64,000 bases of DNA from Clostridia bacterium (GTDB lineage Bacteria; Bacillota; Clostridia; Christensenellales; CAG-138). The stretch's first letter is position 1. Each line of letters opens with the position of its first letter. The notes under the pieces are model-generated. The model saw only the letters and a program-made list of their open reading frames with translations. It had not been told where the DNA came from and did not search any database. The stretch is from the NCBI GenBank assembly GCA_017545535.1, contig JAFWMS010000005.1, forward strand, positions 30,013 through 94,012, given 5' to 3'. A program made the position numbers and the translations under genes. Positions 19,025 to 28,653 of the stretch are shown here, in pieces.

Positions 19025-19846
19025 ATGGCAAGCGAATTGATCAACAACACCATGCGGCTTCGGAACCTGCCGCACATCTGGTGCCCCGGCTGCGGCAACG
19101 GCATCCTCATGCGGGACGTGGCCCAGGCCATCACCAACCTGGGGCTTGACCGCGACAAGGTGGTCATCGTCTCCGGTATCGGCTGCTCCTCCCGGGCCGC
19201 CGGCTATATGAACTACAACACCCTGCACACGACCCATGGCCGGGCCATCGCCTTCGCCACGGGCATCAAGATGGCCAAGCCCGAGCTCACCGTCATCGTC
19301 ATCACCGGCGACGGCGACAGCTCCGCCATCGGCGGCAACCACCTGATCCACGCCGCCCGCAGGAACATCGACCTCACCGTGGTCGTGTTCAACAACAACA
19401 TCTACGGCATGACCGGCGGTCAGTTCTCGCCCACCACGCCCACCGGCTCCTTCGCCACCACGGCCCCCTACGGCAGCATCGACCGTACCTTCGACCTGCC
19501 CACGCTGGCCATGGGCGCCGGCGCCACCTACGCCGCCCGGGGTTCCGCCTATCACGTGCCCCAGACCACCAAGCTCATCCAGGACGGTATCGCCCACAAG
19601 GGCTTCGCCCTCATCGACTGCATGGCTGTCTGCCCCACCTACTACGGCCGCAAGAACAAGAAGGGCGACGCCGTGAAGATGATGACCTGGCAGAAGGACA
19701 ACGTGGTGCTGAAGGCCAAGGCCGACACCATGACTCCCGAAGAGCTGGAAGGCAAGGCTGTCATCGGCTGCTTCCGCAACGAGCCGAACGTGCCCGAGTA
19801 CACCGCGGAATACACCAAGCTCATCGAACGACTGAAGAAGGCATAA
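19025..19846 (+). CDS. korB: 2-oxoacid:ferredoxin oxidoreductase beta subunit
   Basis: WCPGCG, SGIGCS, HGR, TPP-binding GDGD...NN. Confidence 0.92.
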   Translation: MASELINNTMRLRNLPHIWCPGCGNGILMRDVAQAITNLGLDRDKVVIVSGIGCSSRAAGYMNYNTLHTTHGRAIAFATGIKMAKPELTVIVITGDGDSSAIGGNHLIHAARRNIDLTVVVFNNNIYGMTGGQFSPTTPTGSFATTAPYGSIDRTFDLPTLAMGAGATYAARGSAYHVPQTTKLIQDGIAHKGFALIDCMAVCPTYYGRKNKKGDAVKMMTWQKDNVVLKAKADTMTPEELEGKAVIGCFRNEPNVPEYTAEYTKLIERLKKA

Positions 19847-19861
19847 AAGGAGAGAAATCGT

Positions 19862-20392
19862 ATGCGTAATAGAGAAGAGATCAGGCTCGTCGGCAGCGGC
19901 GGCCAGGGCGTCATTCTTGCTTCCGTCATTCTCGCTGAGGCGGCGATCCTCGCCGGCAAAAACGCGGCTCAGAGCCAGAGCTACGGCCCCGAGGCCCGCG
20001 GCGGCGCCTGCATGGCCCAGGCGGTCATCAGCAACGGCGATCTTGGCTTCCCCAAGGTCCGCGTCCCCAGCTTCCTCATGGCTCTCACCGAGCAGTCCCT
20101 GGAGAAGTACGGCAAGAACCTGCCTGAGGACACCATCATCCTGGTGGACAGCTCCCTGGAGATCCCCGATTGGCTCGCCGCCCGCAAGTACTATCAGGCG
20201 CCCATCCTGCAGGCCGCCATCGAGCAGGTGGGTAAGGCCCAGACCGCCAACATCGTGTCCGTGGCCGTGGTGAACAAGATCCTGGATCTGGTTCCCCCCG
20301 AGGTGCTGAAGGAGGCCGTCGCGGCCCGCATCCCCAAGGGCACCGAGGCCGCCAACTTCAAAGCTCTTGAAGTCGGCATGAATCTGCTGTAA
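19862..20392 (+). CDS. korC: 2-oxoacid:ferredoxin oxidoreductase gamma subunit
   Basis: GSGGQGV and QSYGPEARGG. Confidence 0.92.
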   Translation: MRNREEIRLVGSGGQGVILASVILAEAAILAGKNAAQSQSYGPEARGGACMAQAVISNGDLGFPKVRVPSFLMALTEQSLEKYGKNLPEDTIILVDSSLEIPDWLAARKYYQAPILQAAIEQVGKAQTANIVSVAVVNKILDLVPPEVLKEAVAARIPKGTEAANFKALEVGMNLL

Positions 20393-20431
20393 GACAAACT
20401 GCCGCCGGATCGGGTTTAGGAGGAACACGCT

Positions 20432-20833
20432 ATGGAACGAAAACTGAAAATGCGTGTCCTCATCGCCAAGCCCGGCCTGGGCGGCCATGACCGGCGCGCC
20501 AAGCAGATCGCCCAGGGGCTCAAGGAGCAGGGCTTCGAGGTGATCTTCACCGGCCTTCGCCAGACCCCCAGCCAGATCGTAGACGCCGCCCTCCTTCATG
20601 AGGTGGACGCGGTGGGCCTGAGCCTGTCCGACATGGACCAAGGGGCCTTGACGACCCAGATGCACAGCCTTATAGCCAGGGACGTGGTCCTCTTCGGCTT
20701 CGGCAGCATCCGGGAGGAGGACGTGCCCGCCCTTTTGGGCGCCGGGCTGGAGGCCGTGTTCCCCGCGGAATCCTCCGTGGAGGATATGGCGGACTTCCTG
20801 CGGCGTCGCTGTGCGCTGACCGGGACCTATTGA
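20432..20833 (+). CDS. Cobalamin-binding domain of the methylmalonyl-CoA mutase small-subunit type, degenerate
   Basis: RVLIAKPGLGGHDRRAK versus canonical KPGLDGHDRGAK; GFEVIFTGLRQTP. Confidence 0.8.
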   Translation: MERKLKMRVLIAKPGLGGHDRRAKQIAQGLKEQGFEVIFTGLRQTPSQIVDAALLHEVDAVGLSLSDMDQGALTTQMHSLIARDVVLFGFGSIREEDVPALLGAGLEAVFPAESSVEDMADFLRRRCALTGTY

Positions 20834-20847
20834 AAAGAAGGCGTGCG

Positions 20848-20878
20848 CCCACCGTGACGCACGCCTTCCCGTATTTTT
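20848..20878 (+). terminator. Intercistronic hairpin
   Basis: GAAGGCGTGCG...CGCACGCCTTC followed by a T-rich tract. Confidence 0.5.
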
Positions 20879-20908
20879 GAAATCAAAATGCAAACAGGAG
20901 GATTGATT

Positions 20909-21313
20909 ATGGAACTCAAACGCGTTGACCATATCGGTATCGCCGTGAAGGATCTGGACGAGGCTGTGAAATTCTATGAGACCGCCATCGGCCTCAAGGC
21001 CGTGGGCTTCGAGACCGTGGAGGAGCAGAAGGTGAAGGTCGCCTTCCTGCCCTGCGGCGACAGCGAGCTGGAGCTTTTGGAGAGCACCGAGCCTGACGGC
21101 CCCATCGCCCGCTTCATCGAGAAGAACGGCCCCGGCATCCAGCACATCGCCATCCGGGTGGACGACATCGACAAGGCTCTCGAGGAGCTGAAGGAGAAGG
21201 GCGTCCGCCTTATCGACCAGACTCCCCGCTACGGCGCTGGCGGCGCGCGCATCGCGTTCGTCCATCCCAAGGCCACCGGCGGCGTGTTGCTGGAGCTCAC
21301 CCAGCGGATGTAA
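20909..21313 (+). CDS. mce: Methylmalonyl-CoA epimerase
   Basis: DHIGIAV, GIQHIAIRVDD, FVHPKATGGVLLEL. Confidence 0.95.
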   Translation: MELKRVDHIGIAVKDLDEAVKFYETAIGLKAVGFETVEEQKVKVAFLPCGDSELELLESTEPDGPIARFIEKNGPGIQHIAIRVDDIDKALEELKEKGVRLIDQTPRYGAGGARIAFVHPKATGGVLLELTQRM

Positions 21314-21325
21314 TGAGGTGAAAGC

Positions 21326-22912
21326 ATGACGACTCAGGAAAAAATCTACGATTTTCAGGCGCGCTGCGAAAAAATCCTCGCCATGGGCGGGGACAAGGCC
21401 GTAGAGAAGCAGCATGGCCGGGGCAAGTTCACCGCCCGCGAGCGGCTGGACATGCTCTTTGACGAGGGCACCTTCAAGGAGGTGGACCGGTTCGTCAACC
21501 ATCGCTGCAACAACTTCGGTATGGAGAAAAAGGTTGTGGCGGCCGACGGCGTGGTCACGGGTTACGGTCTCGTGGACGGCCGGAAGGTCTTCGCCTATGC
21601 CCAGGACTTCACCAGCGTGGGCGGCGCTCTGGGCGAGATGCACGCGGCCAAGATCTGCAAGGTCATGGACATGGCCCTGGAAGCCGGCTGCCCCTGCATC
21701 GGCCTTAACGACTCCGGCGGCGCCCGTATCCAGGAGGCGGTGGACGCCCTCTCCGGCTACGGCCAGATCTTCCGCCGCAACTCCCTGGCCTCCGGTCTCA
21801 TCCCCCAGATCTCCGTGATCATGGGGCCCTGCGCCGGCGGCGCGGTCTATAGCCCGGCGCTCACCGACCTCATCATCATGGTGGATCAGAAGAGCCAGAT
21901 GTTCATCACCGGCCCCCGGGTCATCGAAGCCACCACCGGCGAGCAGGTCTCCGAGGAGGAGCTGGGCGGCGCCAACACCCAGACTTCCGTTTCCGGCGTG
22001 GCCCATCTCATGGCCGCCGACGAGGAGGAGGCCATCTGGTTCATCCGGATGATCCTCTCTTACCTGCCCAGCAGCGCCCGGGACAAGGCCCCCGTCTACG
22101 AGTTCGAGCGCGGCGACGAGTACCGCCCCCTCCTCAACGACATCGTGCCCGACAGCTCCCGCCGCGCCTACGACGTGCGCACGGTCATCGGCGAGATCGC
22201 CGATCCCGACACCTTCTTCGAGCTGCAGCCCAATTACGCCACAAACATCGTCACCGGCTTCGGTCGGATCGGCGGTCGGTCCGTGGGCTTCATCTGCAAC
22301 CAGCCCATGATCATGGGCGGCTGCCTCGATATCAACGCCTCCGACAAGGCCTCCCGGTTCATCCAGATGTGCGACGCCTTCGGGCTGCCCCTCATCAACC
22401 TGGTGGACGTGCCCGGGTTCCTCCCCGGCACCAACCAGGAGTACGGCGGCATCATTCGTCACGGCGCCAAGCTTCTCTACGTCTACTCCGTGGCTGAGAG
22501 CCCCAAGATCACCGTGATCATGCGCAAGGCCTACGGCGGCAGCTATCTGGCCATGTGCTCCAAGGATCTGGGCGCCGATATGGTGCTGGCCTGGCCCACC
22601 AGTGAGATCGCCGTCATGGGCGCCGAGGGCGCTGCCAACATCATCTTCGCCAAGGACATCAAGGCCGCCAAGGACAACGCCCTGGCCGCCGGTTCCGACG
22701 AGGCCGCCGCCAAGGCCGCCGCTGAGGCCGTCCGTCAGGAGAAGATCGCGGAATACACCGCCCAGTTCGCCACGCCCTATGTGGCTGCTTCCCACGGTTA
22801 CGTGGACTGTGTCATCGAGCCCGCCGAGACCCGGGAGTACATCCTGGACGCCCTGGAGCTCTTTGAGAACAAGAAGCGGGAAGGCCGCGTCCGCGGCAAC
22901 ATGCCCCTCTGA
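21326..22912 (+). CDS. mmdA: Methylmalonyl-CoA decarboxylase alpha / acyl-CoA carboxyltransferase subunit
   Basis: DSGGARIQE, GPCAGGAVYSP, DVPGFLPG, RKAYGG; follows mce. Confidence 0.88.
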   Translation: MTTQEKIYDFQARCEKILAMGGDKAVEKQHGRGKFTARERLDMLFDEGTFKEVDRFVNHRCNNFGMEKKVVAADGVVTGYGLVDGRKVFAYAQDFTSVGGALGEMHAAKICKVMDMALEAGCPCIGLNDSGGARIQEAVDALSGYGQIFRRNSLASGLIPQISVIMGPCAGGAVYSPALTDLIIMVDQKSQMFITGPRVIEATTGEQVSEEELGGANTQTSVSGVAHLMAADEEEAIWFIRMILSYLPSSARDKAPVYEFERGDEYRPLLNDIVPDSSRRAYDVRTVIGEIADPDTFFELQPNYATNIVTGFGRIGGRSVGFICNQPMIMGGCLDINASDKASRFIQMCDAFGLPLINLVDVPGFLPGTNQEYGGIIRHGAKLLYVYSVAESPKITVIMRKAYGGSYLAMCSKDLGADMVLAWPTSEIAVMGAEGAANIIFAKDIKAAKDNALAAGSDEAAAKAAAEAVRQEKIAEYTAQFATPYVAASHGYVDCVIEPAETREYILDALELFENKKREGRVRGNMPL

Positions 22913-22925
22913 TTTCCCCAACGAC

Positions 22926-22960
22926 AAAAGGACGCTGCTTCGACGGGCAGCGTCCTTTTC
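22926..22960 (+). terminator. Rho-independent terminator
   Basis: AAAAGGACGCTGC...GCAGCGTCCTTTT. Confidence 0.85.
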
Positions 22961-23053
22961 TGTTATTTTGCGGGGATCAAAAAAGGATCGTGCGCTGAGA
23001 GAAAAGGGGTCTGCACGGAGACGGACGCCTGCAGGAGAAGCGCCGATGCGTCC

Positions 23054-23082
23054 TTGCATTTTCCCAAAAAACATGCTATATT
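23054..23082 (+). promoter_or_regulatory. Sigma-A promoter of the glycerol operon
   Basis: TTGCAT-17 bp-TATATT with extended -10 TG. Confidence 0.65.
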
Positions 23083-23160
23083 CATAGGGCTGTGAAACAA
23101 TGTGCGACCGGTGAGGTATGATAAGCGGCATGACACGCAGGCATACGAATATCGAAACAT

Positions 23161-23202
23161 ACAAAAACCATACGTTCCTTGAGGGACGCATGGTTTTTGT
23201 TC
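23161..23202 (+). promoter_or_regulatory. Leader terminator/attenuator upstream of glpK
   Basis: ACAAAAACCATACGTTCC-ttga-GGGACGCATGGTTTTTGT between the promoter and the start codon. Confidence 0.6.
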
Positions 23203-23266
23203 TGTCACAAAGCTTTGTGTATCCGCTTACAGAGCGAATGTCACGATAAAGGAGGCCGAAACGCTA

Positions 23267-24772
23267 ATGGCAAAATACATCATGGCGCTGGACGCAGGCA
23301 CCACCAGCAACCGCTGCATCCTGTTCAACGAGAAGGGGGAGATCTGCAGCGTCGCCCAGAAGGAGTTTACGCAGATCTATCCTCAGCCTGGCTGGGTGGA
23401 GCACAACGCCAATGAGATCTGGGACACCCAGCTGCTGGTTTGCCGGCAGGCGATGGAGAACATCGGCGCCAAGGCGGCCGATATCGCCGCTATCGGCATC
23501 ACCAACCAGCGGGAAACCACCATCGTGTGGGACAAGAAGACCGGCGAACCCGTCTATAACGCCATCGTGTGGCAGTGCCGCCGCACGGCGGACATGAAGG
23601 ATGAGCTGATGAAGCGGTATCCCGGCATCGCCGATGAGGCCTATCACAAGACCGGTCTGGTGTTTGACCCTTATTTTTCCGGCACCAAGCTCCGTTGGAT
23701 CCTCAACAACGTGCCCGGCGTCCGCGCCCGGGCGGAGGCCGGCAATCTGGCCTTCGGTACCGTGGACACCTGGCTCATCTATAAGCTGACCCGCGGCCGC
23801 GTCCATGCCACCGACTTTTCCAACGCCTCCCGCACGCTGATGTTCAATATCAACACCTGCGCCTGGGACGCGGAGCTGTGCCGGCAGCTGGAAGTGCCCA
23901 TGAGCATGCTGCCGGAAGCTTTGCCTTCCAGCTGCATCTTCGGGGAGGCCGATCCCGAATTCTTTGGCGGCTCCATCAAGATCGCCGGCGTGGCCGGAGA
24001 TCAGCAGGCCGCCCTCTTCGGCCAGACCTGCTTTGCGCCCGGCATGGCCAAGAACACCTACGGCACGGGCTGCTTCATGCTGATGAACATCGGCGACAAG
24101 CCCATTTACCCCAACAACGGCCTTTTGACCACCATCGCCTGGGGCCTGGACGGAAAGGTGGAATATGCCCTGGAGGGCTCCGTCTTTGTGGCCGGGGCTG
24201 CCATCCAGTGGCTTCGTGACGAGGTCAAGCTGGTGGATGCCTCCCCCGATTCCGAATACTATGCCACCAAGGTGAAGGACACCAACGGCTGCTATGTGGT
24301 GCCTGCCTTCACGGGCCTGGGCGCGCCCTACTGGGACCCCTACGCCCGCGGCGCCATCACCGGCCTCACCCGCGGCGTCAACAAGGCTCACATCATCCGC
24401 GCCACCCTGGAATCCCTGGCCTTCCAGACCAACGATGTGCTGGCGGCCATGGAGGAGGGCTCCGGCGTGAAGCTGAACGCCCTCAAGGTGGACGGCGGCG
24501 CCTGCAAGAACAATTTCCTCATGCAGTTCCAATCCGATATCATCCATGCGCCGGTCCATCGCCCGGTCTGTGTGGAGACCACCGCCATGGGCGCCAGCTA
24601 TCTGGCGGGCCTGGCCGTGGGTTACTGGACCAGCAAGGAGGACGTCGTCCAGAACTGGGCCATGGATCGGGAGTTCATGCCCGAGATGGACGAAGAGACC
24701 CGCGCCAGGGAGCTCAAGGGCTGGAAGAAAGCGGTCCGGACCACCTTCGGCTGGGCCAAAGAGGATCGATAA
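23267..24772 (+). CDS. glpK: Glycerol kinase
   Basis: [42 protein letters not shown]. Confidence 0.98.
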   Translation: MAKYIMALDAGTTSNRCILFNEKGEICSVAQKEFTQIYPQPGWVEHNANEIWDTQLLVCRQAMENIGAKAADIAAIGITNQRETTIVWDKKTGEPVYNAIVWQCRRTADMKDELMKRYPGIADEAYHKTGLVFDPYFSGTKLRWILNNVPGVRARAEAGNLAFGTVDTWLIYKLTRGRVHATDFSNASRTLMFNINTCAWDAELCRQLEVPMSMLPEALPSSCIFGEADPEFFGGSIKIAGVAGDQQAALFGQTCFAPGMAKNTYGTGCFMLMNIGDKPIYPNNGLLTTIAWGLDGKVEYALEGSVFVAGAAIQWLRDEVKLVDASPDSEYYATKVKDTNGCYVVPAFTGLGAPYWDPYARGAITGLTRGVNKAHIIRATLESLAFQTNDVLAAMEEGSGVKLNALKVDGGACKNNFLMQFQSDIIHAPVHRPVCVETTAMGASYLAGLAVGYWTSKEDVVQNWAMDREFMPEMDEETRARELKGWKKAVRTTFGWAKEDR

Positions 24773-24785
24773 AGGAGAGAGAACG

Positions 24786-26249
24786 GTGAAGAATGTGTAT
24801 GATGTAATCATCATCGGCGGCGGGGTGGTGGGCTGCGCCGTCGCCCGGGAACTGGCCCGGTATCGGACCAAAACGCTGCTGCTGGAAAAAACCAACGATA
24901 TCTGCAACGGGCAGAGCAAGGCCAACACCGCCATCCTCCATGGCGGATATGACGCCAAGCCCGGAACGTTGAAGGCGAAGTTCAACGTGCTGGGCAACGC
25001 CATGTTCGACAGGATCCACGAGGAGCTGGAGGTGCCCGTGCAGTGGAACACCTCTCTGGTGGTCTCCTTCAGCAAGGAGGGCCATCCGGCTCTGGAAAGG
25101 CTCCTGGATCAGGGTATCCAAAACGGATGCCGGGGGGAGCTTCGGATCATCGACGAGCAGGAGCTCCGCCGCCGGGAGCCCAACGTAGGCAGCACCGCCT
25201 GCGAGGCCCTGCTGGTGGGTTCCGGCGGCATCGTCTGTCCCTATGAGTTGACAGAGGCCTATGCGGAGAACGCTGCCATGAACGGCGCCCAGTTTTTGCG
25301 CAACGCCGGGGTGACCAACCTTCGGAGGCTCCCCAACGGCCATTGGCAGGTGATCTCCACGGTGGGGACCTTCGAGACCCGGGCCGTGGTCAACGCCGCC
25401 GGCGTCTACTCCGATGTGTTCAACAACATGGTTTCGGAGCGGAAGGTCCATATCCATCCCCGCCGGGGCGAATACTATATCGTAGACAAAAAGTATCACA
25501 ACATGTTCCACGCGGCCATGTTCCAGCTGCCCACCAAGATGGGCAAGGGCGTCCTGGTGGCGCCTACGGTGGACGGCACCGTGCTGATCGGACCCACCGC
25601 GGAGGACATCGAGGACAAGGAGGATAAGCAAACCACGGCGGAAGGCCTGGCCAAGGCCCTGCAGGAGGCCAGCCGCACCTGGGAGAACATCCCCACCCGG
25701 GCCTTCATCACCACCTTCTCGGGCCTCAGGTCCACCGGCGACACCGGCGATTTCATCCTGGGCGAGCCCGAGGATGCGCCCCTGTTCTTCAACTGCTGCG
25801 CCGTGGAGTCTCCGGGCCTGACCTCCTCCCCTGCCATCGCCAAGTGGATCTCCGAGCAGATCGCCGGCAAGCTGGAGCTGAAGGAGAATCCCGACTTCAA
25901 TCCCATCCGCAAGGCCATCCCCAAGTTCCGGGAGATGACCGCGGCGGAGCGGGAGGCGGCCATCGCGGCCAACCCCGACTTCGGCAAGGTAGTCTGCCGC
26001 TGCGAGACCGTCACCGAGGCGGAGATCCGGGAAGCCATCCGCCGCCCTGTGGGCGCGCTGGACATCGACGGCATCAAGCGCCGCACCCGGGCCGGCATGG
26101 GCCGGTGCCAGGCGGGCTTCTGCACGCCCAGGACCGTGGAGATCCTGGCCGAGGAGCTGGGTATCTCTCCCCTGGAGGTGACCAAGTTCGGCGGCGGCTC
26201 CCGGCTTCTGGAAGGGTATCTTTTTGAGGAGGGCAAGAACCATGCGTAA
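24786..26249 (+). CDS. FAD-dependent glycerol-3-phosphate dehydrogenase-like oxidoreductase with BFD-like [2Fe-2S] C-terminus
   Basis: GTG start after AAGGAG; GGGVVG; CRCE...GMGRCQAGFC. Confidence 0.9.
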   Translation: MKNVYDVIIIGGGVVGCAVARELARYRTKTLLLEKTNDICNGQSKANTAILHGGYDAKPGTLKAKFNVLGNAMFDRIHEELEVPVQWNTSLVVSFSKEGHPALERLLDQGIQNGCRGELRIIDEQELRRREPNVGSTACEALLVGSGGIVCPYELTEAYAENAAMNGAQFLRNAGVTNLRRLPNGHWQVISTVGTFETRAVVNAAGVYSDVFNNMVSERKVHIHPRRGEYYIVDKKYHNMFHAAMFQLPTKMGKGVLVAPTVDGTVLIGPTAEDIEDKEDKQTTAEGLAKALQEASRTWENIPTRAFITTFSGLRSTGDTGDFILGEPEDAPLFFNCCAVESPGLTSSPAIAKWISEQIAGKLELKENPDFNPIRKAIPKFREMTAAEREAAIAANPDFGKVVCRCETVTEAEIREAIRRPVGALDIDGIKRRTRAGMGRCQAGFCTPRTVEILAEELGISPLEVTKFGGGSRLLEGYLFEEGKNHA

Positions 26250-27507
26250 AACGGATATCCTCATTATCGGCGGCGGCCCGGCGGGCCTGGCCGCGGCGGT
26301 AGGCGCCTATGAAGCCGGTGCCCGCGACATCCTGATCCTGGACCGGGAGGAGCGGTTGGGTGGCATCCTCAAGCAGTGCATCCACAACGGCTTCGGCCTC
26401 CACACATTCAAGGAGGAGCTGACGGGCCCCGAATACGCTCAGAGGTTCATCGAGAAGGTTTTGGAATACCAAATCCCCTATCAAACCGAGACCATGGTCA
26501 TCGACGTGTCCCCGGAAAAGGTGGCCACCTGCGTCTCCCGTCAAAAGGGGCTGGAGCGCATCGAGGCCAAGGCCATTATCCTGTGCATGGGCTGTCGGGA
26601 GCGGCCCCGGGGCTCCCTGGGCACCCCCGGCGAGCGGTGCCCCGGCATCTTCACCGCCGGCACCGCCCAAAGGTTCACCAACCTGGAGGGCCTCATGCCC
26701 GGCAAAGAGGTGGTCATCCTGGGGTCCGGCGACATCGGCCTTATCATGGCCCGCCGCATGACCTTCCTGGGGGCCAAGGTCCACGCCTGCGTGGAGCTGA
26801 TGCCCTACAGCAGCGGCCTCAAGCGGAACATCGTCCAATGCCTGGACGACTTCGGCATCCCCCTGCTGCTCAGCCACACCGTGGTGGACATCCACGGTCG
26901 GGAACATCTCACCGGCGTCACCGTGGCGGAGGTGGGTCCTGATCTCAAGCCCATCCCCGGCACGGAGAAGTACTTCCCCTGCGATACCCTGCTTTTGTCC
27001 GTGGGCCTGATCCCGGAGAACGAGCTCTCCGAGATGGCCGGCGTGAAGATCGCTCCCACCACCTCCGGCGCGGAGGTGGACGAGCAGCTGCAGACCTCGG
27101 TGCCCGGCATCTTCTCCGCCGGCAACGTGCTCCACGTCCACGACCTGGTGGACTTCGTCTCCGAGGAGGCCATGAAGGCCGGCGCCAACGCCTTCCGCTA
27201 TGTGCAGGGCACCCTGTCCAAGGGCGGTCGGAAGGTGCCCGTACAGATGGGCTTCGGCGTGGGGGGCATCGTGCCCCAGTTCGTGTCTGAAAACGCGGAG
27301 GACAAGGTCAGCTTCATGTTCCGGCCCCGGAACGTGTACCGGAACGCCAAGGTGATCGTGGAGCTGAACGGGGAGCAGATCTACTCCAAGAAATCCATGA
27401 TCCTGGCTCCCGGCGAGATGGTCAATCTGAGCCTCCCCCCGGAGAAGCTGGCGGGGCTGAAGACAGCCGACTCCATTTTGGTAAGAATCGAGGTGCCGGA
27501 AGCATGA
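26242..27507 (+). CDS. FAD/NAD(P)-dependent oxidoreductase, partner of the G3P dehydrogenase
   Basis: GGGPAG, QCIHNGFG, GSGDIGLIMARR. Confidence 0.9.
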   Translation: MRKTDILIIGGGPAGLAAAVGAYEAGARDILILDREERLGGILKQCIHNGFGLHTFKEELTGPEYAQRFIEKVLEYQIPYQTETMVIDVSPEKVATCVSRQKGLERIEAKAIILCMGCRERPRGSLGTPGERCPGIFTAGTAQRFTNLEGLMPGKEVVILGSGDIGLIMARRMTFLGAKVHACVELMPYSSGLKRNIVQCLDDFGIPLLLSHTVVDIHGREHLTGVTVAEVGPDLKPIPGTEKYFPCDTLLLSVGLIPENELSEMAGVKIAPTTSGAEVDEQLQTSVPGIFSAGNVLHVHDLVDFVSEEAMKAGANAFRYVQGTLSKGGRKVPVQMGFGVGGIVPQFVSENAEDKVSFMFRPRNVYRNAKVIVELNGEQIYSKKSMILAPGEMVNLSLPPEKLAGLKTADSILVRIEVPEA

Positions 27508-27857
27508 AATACGAACTGACCTGTATCAACTGCCCCATGGGCTGCCGCATCACGGCGGACTATGACGGGAAGGAAGTCACCAACATCCAGGGCTTCACCT
27601 GCGCCCGGGGCAAGGCCTATGCCCAGACAGAGATCACCGATCCCACCCGAATGGTCACGGCCCTGGTGGGCGCGGCGGGAACCCACGCGCCCCTGTCCGT
27701 CAAGACCCAGAGCCCCATCCGCAAGCCCCTGATCTTCGACGCCTTACAGGAGATCCGCAAGACCGTGGTCAATCCCCCCGTCCACATCGGGGACGTGGTG
27801 ATCGCGGACGTCTGCGGCTCCGGCGTGAACGTGATCGCTACGGAGAACATCGAATAA
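27504..27857 (+). CDS. DUF1667-like CxxC metal-binding protein
   Basis: CINCPMGC...CARG; usual last gene of this operon type. Confidence 0.85.
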   Translation: MKYELTCINCPMGCRITADYDGKEVTNIQGFTCARGKAYAQTEITDPTRMVTALVGAAGTHAPLSVKTQSPIRKPLIFDALQEIRKTVVNPPVHIGDVVIADVCGSGVNVIATENIE

Positions 27858-27892
27858 AAACGCAGCCCCTGGCTTGATGCCGGGGGCGTTTT
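27857..27892. terminator. Bidirectional terminator
   Basis: AAAACGC-CCCTGGC...GCCGGGG-GCGTTTT between convergent genes. Confidence 0.65.
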
Positions 27893-27924
27893 CATAGCTT
27901 GTTCGATATGCGTAAATGCGATGC

Positions 27925-28653
27925 TTACTCCGCGTACCGCTCGATGGCCTTGAGGGCCACGTCCAGGGCCCGGCCCTTGTGCTGAGCGGAGATGTTCAAA
28001 AGATCCTCGTCGGTCACGTCCTGGTCCATGCCCGTGGCGTAGCGGGCGATGATGCCGATGGAGGCGTACTTGATGCAGACCTCCCGGCACAGGGGCGCTT
28101 CCGGCACCAGGGTGTTGCCCAGGACCTGGGCGTCCAGGGCCCGGATCATGCGGGCTTCGGCGGCGGTCTCGTACCGGGGGCCGTCCAGTGCGGCGTAGAC
28201 CGCCCGGCCCTCGTAGGGGATCTTCTCCCCTTCGATGATCTGCTCCAGCACGTCGGTCATGCGGGCGTCGAACACGTCGTCCATGCCCGCGTGGCGGACC
28301 AACCGGTGCTCCATGCGGAAGGAGCTCTCCCGAAGCTTGGTGAAGTCGATGAAGTCGGTGATGAGGCAGAAGCTGCCCAGCCGGAAGGAGTAATCGCAGG
28401 TGCCCATGACGGAGATGCTGATGATATGGGTCACGCCGCACAGGTAGAGGGCGAAGATGTTGGCCCTGAAATTGGTCTCGTAGGCGTCCTCCTGGAGGCA
28501 GATGCTGTGCCGGGTCAAAAAGTCCACTTCCTTGCCGCTGGGAAGCGTGGCATGGATGACCCGGGCGTTGCCGTAGGGGGTGATGACCACTTCCGTATGA
28601 TGGGGATAGGTGATGGCGTCCTCGGAGTTGCAGCCGATGATGGCAAACTTCAT
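27925..28653 (-). CDS. MTAP/MtiP-family purine nucleoside phosphorylase, divergent
   Basis: TPYG, FLTRH, NFRANIFAL, DFIDFTK, GPRYETAAE, PEAPL. Confidence 0.82.
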   Translation of the reverse strand: MKFAIIGCNSEDAITYPHHTEVVITPYGNARVIHATLPSGKEVDFLTRHSICLQEDAYETNFRANIFALYLCGVTHIISISVMGTCDYSFRLGSFCLITDFIDFTKLRESSFRMEHRLVRHAGMDDVFDARMTDVLEQIIEGEKIPYEGRAVYAALDGPRYETAAEARMIRALDAQVLGNTLVPEAPLCREVCIKYASIGIIARYATGMDQDVTDEDLLNISAQHKGRALDVALKAIERYAE

